DNA from: Octopus sinensis
Taxonomy: Eukaryota
DNA length: 8,306 nucleotides
Assembly: GCF_006345805.1 (NCBI RefSeq)
Contig: NW_021828449.1
Location: forward strand, 1 to 8,306
Direction of reading: 5' to 3'
A program made the position numbers and the translations under genes. Under the pieces are notes generated by a model that saw only the letters and a list, made by a program, of their open reading frames with translations, did not search any database and had not been told where the DNA came from. How positions within the stretch are numbered: the first letter of the stretch is position 1; each line of letters starts with the position of its first letter. Of this stretch, positions 1 through 5,820 are shown piece by piece.

Positions 1-176
1 TGGTATTTAGCTGATAGTTCCGAACCATTGTTGGTTGGTGTAAAAGTCAATGGAGAAATAGAGACGGCAGCGGAGTATTGATAAGAATGATAATAAAACA
101 ACTAGAATGGAAGAAAAAGAAACATGCTGGACCAGAATCGCAAAGTATGATGGACAGTTTGTGAGAGATGAAAGTA
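1..176 (+). mobile_element. Degenerate fragment of an R4/Dong-clade non-LTR retrotransposon ORF (post-RT linker region), cut by the window edge and ending at the minisatellite
   Basis: Frame +1 from base 1 reads WYLADSSEPLLVGVKVNGEIETAAEY*. After a frameshift it reads ...MEEKETCWTRIAKYDGQFVRDES. These resemble the W-Y-x3-S-x-EPLLxxV and W-x4-MHGQF-x-R motifs I recall from R4-clade proteins downstream of RT. The resemblance is judged from memory; no alignment was run. Confidence 0.55.
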
Positions 177-496
177 GCTGGCCTTGTGCCTCGCTAGCCT
201 TGTGCCTCGCCGGCCTTGTGCCTCGCTGGCCTTGTGCCTCGCCGGCCTTGTGCCTCGCCGGCCTTATGCATCATTGGCCTTGTGCCTCATTGGCCTTGTG
301 CCCTGCTGGCCTTGCACCTCGCTGGCCTTGTGCCTCGCTGGCCTTGTGCCTCGCTGGCCTTGTGCCCCGCTGGCCTTGTGCCTCGCTGGCCTTATGCCTC
401 ATTGACCTTGTGCCTCATTGGCCTTGTGCCTCACTGGCCTTGTGCCTCGCTGGCCTTGTGCCTCGCTGGCCTTGTGCCCCCCTGGCCTCGTACCTT
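177..496. repeat. Minisatellite, 20 x 16-bp unit, consensus GCTGGCCTTGTGCCTC
   Basis: Counted directly: units start at 177, 193, 209 ... 481 with no indels, only substitutions (first triplet GCT/GCC/ATT/ACT/CCT). The consensus unit has no stop codon in any + frame, which explains the three overlapping ORFs. Confidence 0.97.
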
Positions 497-625
497 GCTG
501 ACGTCGACACTTCCTTTCATAGTTTCGGGAGTGATAAAAGAAGTACCATTCAAGTACTGGGGATCGATGTTATCGACTTCCCCCTCCCCTCAAATAATTC
601 AGGCTCTGTGTCAGAATTTGAAATC
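497..625 (+). mobile_element. Headless (5'-truncated) copy of the tRNA-derived SINE family seen at 796-1008
   Basis: GCTGACGTCGAC..CCTTTCATAGTTTCGGGAGTGATAAAAGAAGTACC..ACTGGGGATCGATGTTATCGACTT..CCCCTCCCCTCAAA aligns colinearly with 881-980 (GCCGAGGTCGAG..TTTCGGGGCCGATGAAATAAGTACC..ACTGGGTTCGATGTAATCGACT). It has no A or B box and is followed by an ATT tail. Confidence 0.85.
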
Positions 626-686
626 ATTATTATTAGTGTTGTTGGTGTAATTATTATTGTTGTTGTTGTTGTTGTTGTTGTTTTTG

Positions 687-717
<31 letters not shown>

Positions 718-734
718 CATTATCATCATTATTA

Positions 735-788
<54 letters not shown>
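626..788. repeat. Compound trinucleotide microsatellite (ATT)n/(GTT)n/(ATC)n
   Basis: Seen directly; it gives rise to the poly-I/V, poly-L and poly-N ORFs. Confidence 0.97.
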
Positions 789-789
<1 letters not shown>

Positions 790-795
790 ATATAA

Positions 796-1005
796 GACAG
801 CGAACTGGCAGAATCGTTTGCACGCCGGGGAAAATGCTTAACGGCATTTCGTCCGTCTTTATGTTCTGAGTTCAAATTCCGCCGAGGTCGAGTTTGCCTC
901 TCATTGTTTCGGGGCCGATGAAATAAGTACCTGTGAAACACTGGGTTCGATGTAATCGACTAGTCCCCTTCCCTCCAAATTTTCAGGCCTTGTGCCTATA
1001 GTAGA

Positions 1006-1008
<3 letters not shown>
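796..1008 (+). mobile_element. Full-length tRNA-derived SINE (octopus-type), Pol III head plus body
   Basis: A-box-like TGGCAGAATCG at 806-816 and B box GTTCAAATTCC at 870-880. The body GCCGAGGTCGA..TTTCGGGG..GAT..AATAAGTACC is shared with three other copies in the window. The 3' end GGCCTTGTGCCTATAGTAGAAAG runs into (ATT)n. The family assignment is from memory. Confidence 0.9.

Positions 1009-1054
<46 letters not shown>
1009..1054. repeat. (ATT)~15 microsatellite shared by the SINE tail (+) and the Dong-like element tail (-)
   Basis: Seen directly as an uninterrupted tract. Confidence 0.97.
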
Positions 1055-1057
<3 letters not shown>

Positions 1058-1339
1058 TAGTTTTATTTTTATAGCGTGCTTTCACTTCACTACCGAGCGC
1101 AGCTCTGTGTGCCTTGGGTATGTGCTGTGATTTGTTGTGATGCTCTGATGGTTATTGTATGGAAAGTGTTCTGCGTAGGATGTGTGCAGTGCCTAGTAGT
1201 GCAATTTTCTGTATGTTATATGTGTTTGTAAGTCCTGGTGTTTTTGTTATGTATTGTCTGAATATTTTTTCATCATGCCTAATGCACCTACTATGATAGG
1301 AATTGTTTCTGTTTTCAGGTTCCACATTCTAGTTACCTC

Positions 1340-1342
<3 letters not shown>
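1055..1342 (-). mobile_element. 5'-truncated R4/Dong-like non-LTR retrotransposon 3' end (C-terminus of the RLE domain plus 97-nt 3' UTR)
   Basis: The minus strand from 1342 to 1152 translates as IEVTRMWNLKTETIPIIVGALGMMKKYSD / YITKTPGLTNTYNIQKIALLGTAHILRRTLSIQ*, with a single 1-nt frameshift at 1254-1255 and the stop at 1154-1152. IPIIVGALG and QKxALLGTAHILRR are the characteristic R4-clade C-terminal motifs. The 3' UTR (1151-1055) ends AAAAATAAAACTACTG and then (AAT)n. It is absent from the ORF track because of the frameshift. Confidence 0.9.
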
Positions 1343-1408
<66 letters not shown>

Positions 1409-1421
1409 CATTATTATTATT
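1341..1421. repeat. (ATT)27 microsatellite (one ATC variant)
   Basis: Seen directly. Confidence 0.97.
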
Positions 1422-1637
1422 GAGTGAGAGTGCAGTGCATGTCATCAAAATGACACTCGGGTAAAATATACGAAGCCCAATCATGACTACCCGTCTGATA
1501 AGGGCACACCAAGCACATGCATCACAACCATATGTGTGCGACATAGTGATCTCATATCAAGATAAACAGCGCAGGTGGGGCCTAGTTAGAATTTTCTTCA
1601 GGTCGAGTAGCCCATCCTGCTCAAAAGGTCCCTGAAT
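1422..1637 (-). mobile_element. 3' fragment of an (AAT)n-tailed interspersed repeat (probable retroposon 3' UTR; family unassigned)
   Basis: Complex sequence abutting the (ATT)27 tract. On the minus strand it ends ..GCACTGCACTCTCACTC(AAT)n. I recall this sequence as a high-copy octopus repeat. It has no recognisable protein motif, and the left boundary is better supported than the right. Confidence 0.6.
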
Positions 1638-1847
1638 TATCAATAATATTAATACGCTTTTTATTTTTATACGTACCTGATTTGTTAAATCAAAAGCGTG
1701 GAGAGAAGAGGGGCACAAAGGAAGTGAAAGAGAAAGAGAGAAAGTGGGAGAGACAGTAGATACATAAATCCAAAGAAAAGTTCATAAATAGATACATACG
1801 CACAGCAAATATTGGATGTCAATTTCACTTTTCATTACCACACGACG

Positions 1848-1972
1848 ATAAAATTAACTCACAAATGGCTGAGTACTCCGCAGACATGCATAACATTAAC
1901 GTAGTTCTCAGGGAGATTCAGTCTCACACAGAATATGACAAGGCTGGTCCCTATGAATTACAGCTACAACTC
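1848..1972 (-). mobile_element. Internal fragment of a different octopus-type SINE family
   Basis: AAATTAAC..TGGCTGAGTACTCC.CAGACA..TTAACGTAGTTCTCAGGGAGATTCAG..CACACAGAATATGACAAGGCTGG matches my recollection of a common octopus SINE body in reverse orientation. There is no second copy in the window to confirm it. Confidence 0.5.
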
Positions 1973-2259
1973 GAGATCTATATATATATGAATGTATTTG
2001 TGTGTGCGTATAGTATAGGTTAGTTAAAACATGTTTGCAATAATAAATGTCGCGTGGTAGAAATAAATGCAATTACCAAACTTTCATTCATAAATCCATT
2101 TATTATTTCGTTCTTTTGCCTTTCAATTTGTACATTAAGGTTACGATATATTCTAAGGTTAAATAGTAATTCCGTTTACGTTTGTGTAACAGATATTTTG
2201 GTTGGATTATATAGTCATTGGTGTTACATTACTTTCTATATTCTGTAACTGTCACAATA

Positions 2260-2413
2260 TACTTTTCTATGCCTGAAAATTTTGTGGGGAGAGAGGGGGG
2301 CAGTTGATTAGATTGACCCCAGTACACAACTGGTACTTAATTTATCGACCCCAAAAGGACGAAAGGTAATGTCGACCTCGGCAGAATTTGAACTCAGAAC
2401 GTAGAGACAGACG
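2260..2413 (-). mobile_element. 5'-truncated SINE copy, same family as 796-1008, reverse orientation
   Basis: The reverse complement reads ..TACGTTCTGAGTTCAAATTCTGCCGAGGTCGACATTACCTTTCGTCCTTTTGGGGTCGATAAATTAAGTACCAG..ACTGGGGTCAATCTAATCAACTG..CAAAATTTTCAGGCATAGAAAAG. The B box is at 2384-2395; there is no A box and no ATT tail. Confidence 0.88.
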
Positions 2414-2506
2414 GTCATAATATACAAACATTTCTCATGGCACCAGTACATTGTTTACAGATGCTTACATTTTTTGTTTTCCGGAAATTTTTCCTGGGTC
2501 CAGCTA

Positions 2507-2519
2507 GTTGTTGTTGTTG

Positions 2520-2553
<34 letters not shown>
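2507..2553. repeat. (GTT)n(ATT)n compound microsatellite directly upstream of a SINE head
   Basis: Seen directly. Confidence 0.95.
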
Positions 2554-2556
2554 CAA

Positions 2557-2753
2557 GGCGGTGCGCTGATAGAATCGCTACGGTGTGGGACAAATTATGT
2601 AGTGGCGTTTCGTTTGTCTTTACATTGAGTTCAAATTCCGCTGAAGTCGACTTCGCTGTCCACGTTTCAAGATCGATAGAATGAATACCAGATGAGCACT
2701 GGGTTCGGTGTAATCGGCTAACACCCTCCCCACAAAATCCCAGGTCTATTGTG
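2557..2753 (+). mobile_element. Older, diverged near-full-length SINE copy, same family as 796-1008
   Basis: GGCGGTGCGCTGATAGAATCG head (degenerate A box at 2567-2577) and GAGTTCAAATTCC at 2627-2639. The body is GCTGAAGTCGAC..GATCGATAGAATGAATACCAG..CACTGGGTTCGGTGTAATCGGCT..CTCCCCACAAAATCCCAGG. Confidence 0.85.
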
Positions 2754-2890
2754 AGACAATCTGGATTCCCCTAACAATCCCATTTTGTCCAAGATACCTG
2801 TAATTCTTATTTGGTCTTTCCTTTTTATGTTTACTTCGGCTTTTACCATTAGAAACGCACGAGTGAATGAGTGGATTATGACGTGGATCT

Positions 2891-3066
2891 GTCATCCTGC
2901 TAGAAATAGCAGCCAAATCTCTTTCACATCAGAAATCATCGTCTTAGAAAAGGATGCGTTTTAGATAATGGGATTGTGGGTCCCATTACCCTTTGAGGAA
3001 AAAAAGATGGAGACAGGAATGATCTTGATCCTAGGTCTACACAATGAAGGCTGACCTGGGGCTAAA
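2891..3066 (+). mobile_element. 3' portion of an (AAC)n-tailed interspersed repeat (probable retroposon)
   Basis: CTGCTAGAAATAGCAGCCAAATCT..GGCTGACCTGGGGCTAAA followed by an AAC-like tract, recalled as a recurrent octopus repeat end. Boundaries are approximate and unverified. Confidence 0.5.
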
Positions 3067-3223
3067 TGACAACAAGAACATCAAGAACTATCGCAATGAC
3101 AACGTCAACGGTGACAACAAAGAAAACAACAATGACAGCGACGATGACGATGATTTAAACAACAACAACAACAAAGGCGCCAACGACGACGGTGACAATG
3201 ACAACAAGAACATCAACAACAAC
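3067..3223. repeat. Degenerate (AAC/GAC/GAT)n trinucleotide tract
   Basis: Seen directly; in one frame it reads as N/D-rich triplets without indels. Confidence 0.85.
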
Positions 3224-3568
3224 TGCTCGTTCGGTCTCATTTCATTCCGAAGCCTGTTGAATATTGATTAAATAAGATCCAGTTGCTTTTTGATGTGATT
3301 AATCCTAGACCCATTTCGCTTGAGGTCTTCGGTAGAGAAAAGATAGGAGAAGCTTCTAGATTGAAGGTATCCATTTCTGTAAACGCCATGTTCTGTGAAC
3401 AGGTATAACAATGGATTTAAACGAGAACAAAGAGCTGTAAGGACAAGCTATCGCTCGGCAGGAAGTCTTTTTTGATAAATATACTCTGTCACATTTAATT
3501 GGTTTACTCTCACCTCTTAGGAGTGAGGGGTGGTGTATCATGTCATCTTGGTTAAGTGTTGAATAGCA

Positions 3569-3672
3569 GTGTGTGTGTGTGTGTGTCTGTGTGTGTGTGT
3601 GTGTGCATATGTATGTGAAGCAGTACGTATATGCGTATATGTATGTATGTGTGTGTGTGTGAGAGAGAGAGG

Positions 3673-3702
<30 letters not shown>
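3569..3702. repeat. Compound (GT)n/(GTAT)n then (GA)n microsatellite
   Basis: Seen directly. Confidence 0.95.
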
Positions 3703-3703
<1 letters not shown>

Positions 3704-3870
3704 TGTTTTCCTTTGAGATTTATTTTAGTTCTAGAGAGAGTTCAAGCCGGTCGCTAACAAAGCGACAAGACTTTTTTTTTCGAGTGGAGAGAATTCCTGA
3801 TGTTTGTGGTTGAGTTAGTGTGTTGGTTGAATTAATTATCGATGCACACAACAGATTCAGTTAAAGAATC

Positions 3871-4485
3871 TCAGATGAATAGTCTTTGGAATGTCTTACA
3901 AATCTTCACTGTGCCGACAATGGATTGGATTTGGAGATTCCGCGTCGGTTTCTTTTGCTCTTACATCGAAAAAACTTCTAGGTTTTTGCATTAAATCTGT
4001 TGATTCATAGCCTAATGCACATATGATGAGAGTTTCAAATGAAATTTTATCGTCAGGATAAAAGAGCTGTAAGTCAAGCATTAATTCACCAACAGTACAC
4101 GACTTTTGTTCCCTGTCCCTCAGAGCAATATCAGCTCCGTTGCGTTTGCACCGGAATGCTGCTTTTATCGGAGTATTTCACTAGTATTCCATGTTTTTAG
4201 AGATGTGAATACATTCTGGTCCTGACACCCCTTTGATGTATTCGTTAGGGCAATCCTTCCTGTAAGTAGTATTTTTAAATAGCCTTTGCAACTATAGCAT
4301 GCCTCAGAGGCAGGTAGTATCTCGCTGCTGATGTGGGTAATATCTTTTACACTCGTATAGCGTAGCCGACATTTTCTATCACGTGGAGGGTTGGTGGTAT
4401 CTTTGTCTCTCCTGTTTATCAAATATTTAGTAGCTATCCCCTGTTCCTGGTTAGCTAAGGTTTATCCTTCTAGGTGGGATGTAGT
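3871..4485 (-). mobile_element. Fossil R4-clade retrotransposon, C-terminal region (zinc knuckle and RLE), pseudogenised; may extend to about 4555
   Basis: Minus-strand translation across frameshifts: TTSHLEG*TLANQEQGIATKYLINRRD (from 4485); KCRLRYTSVKDITHISS (CCHC knuckle with the second C changed to R, 4371-4333); RYYLPLRHAIVAK; EY**NTPIK (WW changed to two stops, 4183-4178); KRNGADIALRDREQKSCTVGE (decayed PD motif, 4135-4130); LMLDLQLFYPDDKISFETLIICALGY; LQIQSIVGTVKICKTFQRLFI* (stop at 3873-3871). The motif order matches R4/Dong proteins. Confidence 0.88.
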
Positions 4486-4556
4486 ATATCAAAATATGGC
4501 TTTCGAAAAGACAGACGAATGTTGTTGCCAAATATGAAAGTATCGAGTTGGCTGGA

Positions 4557-5081
4557 AACCATACACCCATTTCTTGCCTATGCATTATGTAAGAGCTTTG
4601 CACAATGTCTCAACCAATTCCTAGAATCATTGTGAGTCCAAGAAGACAAAACTGTTGAGAAGGCATGTGCAAAGAAGGGTGTGTGGGGATGTACTGAACA
4701 AATTTTGATAAAGATGTTGTGCTGCCTGAAGTAAGAAAACGCCGCAGAAACCTTGTACCAGTAAGGCTTGGATATAGGAAAGCATTCGACTCTATTCGCC
4801 ACTCGTGGATACAAAGTCTCTGCACTTGGCAAAAGTGGTTACTATCTTAGTTGTTACCATTGAAAAACTCAACGGATAACTGCAGAAAATGCTTCGAAAC
4901 CTTCAGCTTCTGTACATTGATTATAAATTCATATTTATACCAATAATAAATAGCCCACTTCGTTTTGTTTGTAATTGCCTGAATACATTCTAGAAGAACT
5001 GGGGTTTTCAGAAAAAGATATCAACTAGCTAATTCATACATTACGAATACAGTAAAAATATGCAAGACTTTTCTCAAGTTA
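4557..5081 (+). mobile_element. Fossil R4-clade retrotransposon: RT N-terminal motifs fused directly to the extreme C-terminus (large internal deletion)
   Basis: Plus-strand translation across frameshifts: NHTPISCLCIM* (4557-4592, NYRPI-like); CLNQFLE; TVEKACAKKGVWGCTEQILI (4651-4710); KDVVLPEVRKRRRNLVPVRLGYRKAFDSIRHSWI (4710-4811, cf. WIDYxKAFDSVPHSW); KSLHLAKVVTILVVTIEKL (to 4870). Then MLRNLQLLYIDYKFIFIPIINSPLRFVCNCLNT (4889-4987); LEELGFSEKDIN*LIHTLRI; TVKICKTFLKL (5049-5081). Confidence 0.88.
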
Positions 5082-5158
5082 AGAGAGTTCCTGGTGTTTG
5101 TAAATATGTAGTTGAAATGGTTGAATGTCGACGCACACACCCATGTTCATCTATTCAC

Positions 5159-5189
<31 letters not shown>

Positions 5190-5240
5190 TGTATGTATGT
5201 ATTTATGTATGTATGTGTGTGTGTGTTTGCGTGTGTGTAT
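5159..5240. repeat. (TATG)n/(TG)n microsatellite, probable 3' tail of the minus-strand SINE at 5245-5508
   Basis: Seen directly; lies just beyond the SINE 3' end. Confidence 0.93.
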
Positions 5241-5244
5241 GATG

Positions 5245-5508
5245 GACTCTCCCGTCGAAGACGACGCATGAGGGTTCGGCTTTTGCCGAACGACCCGTAC
5301 AAATGATTTGTTTATAGAGATCAAATCCCTCCGTCAAATCGACGTTACCTGAACAGGTACACGGTATACCACGTGTCAGGCGTCGAAGTGATTGTACAGC
5401 AACGTAAGATGAAACATGAGATGAAAAGAACACAACACACCACCCGGTCTAGGAACTGAAATCACGATGTTGCGATCGTGAGTTTAACACCCTAACCACT
5501 CGGCCATG
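5245..5508 (-). mobile_element. tRNA-headed SINE of a different family, near full length
   Basis: The minus strand has a strong A box TGGCCGAGTGG(TTAGG) at 5506-5496, a TCACGAT/ATCGTGA stem (5462-5481), and a degenerate B box GATTTCAGTTCC (5463-5452). The body ends CGTCGTCTTCGACGGGAGAGTC and runs into (CA/CATA)n. Confidence 0.78.
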
Positions 5509-5705
5509 AAATAAAATATGGAACAGAGCAGATATATTTGTATATTATGAAATAATGATGGTTGTGGCATAAAACTGATGTCAAAATGTTACCATCGGTT
5601 TCATATGGAATACTGCATACAAGCAATATTCTGTGCGAAACCGAGAGTAACATTCTAATTAGTTATAGGACATAACCAGTAAAATATTGCTATGACGACA
5701 CGTCT

Positions 5706-5726
5706 GCACACATATACATGCATAAT

Positions 5727-5758
<32 letters not shown>

Positions 5759-5820
5759 TCATATGTACACACACACACATGTATGGAAAGATGCATGTAT
5801 GCTTGCTTGTATGTATATAT
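5706..5820. repeat. (CA)n core (5727-5754) with degenerate CATA/TATG flanks
   Basis: Seen directly. Confidence 0.92.

Noticed and set aside
177-496. CRISPR-like regular repeats
   Set aside because: The units are contiguous with no unique spacers, the context is eukaryotic, and there are no cas genes.
107-841. 244-aa ORF, and overlapping 73- and 144-aa ORFs, with a Cys/Pro/Trp-rich 16-aa repeat and a poly-Ile tail resembling a membrane protein
   Set aside because: It is a read-through of a stop-free 16-bp minisatellite (open in all three + frames), a SINE body and an (ATT)n tract. The 16-aa period is simply 3 x 16 bp.
796-880. tRNA gene candidates (also 2557-2639 and 5452-5508)
   Set aside because: The A and B boxes continue into SINE bodies and tails, and there is no complete cloverleaf; these are SINE heads.
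781-1060. Target-site duplications around the SINE and Dong-like copies
   Set aside because: No unique flanking direct repeat is visible, and any duplication within (ATT)n cannot be distinguished from the tract.
1301-1320. Splice-acceptor-like TTGTTTCTGTTTTCAG|GT
   Set aside because: It is the antisense of the Dong-like coding sequence (NLKTETI); no exon or donor is supported downstream.
2054-2248. 64-aa ORF, and similar short ORFs at 5060-5242, 5692-5898, 6150-6359 and 8057-8251
   Set aside because: No recognisable motif, non-ATG or repeat-derived, and of lengths expected by chance.
3896-4422. Minus-strand ORFs of 61 aa (3896-4081) and 85 aa (4165-4422) as small genes
   Set aside because: They are partly in-frame pieces of the pseudogenised R4 element, with stops and frameshifts around them.
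4578-4832. Minus-strand ORFs of 84 and 71 aa
   Set aside because: They lie antisense to the RT fossil, which explains the sequence better.
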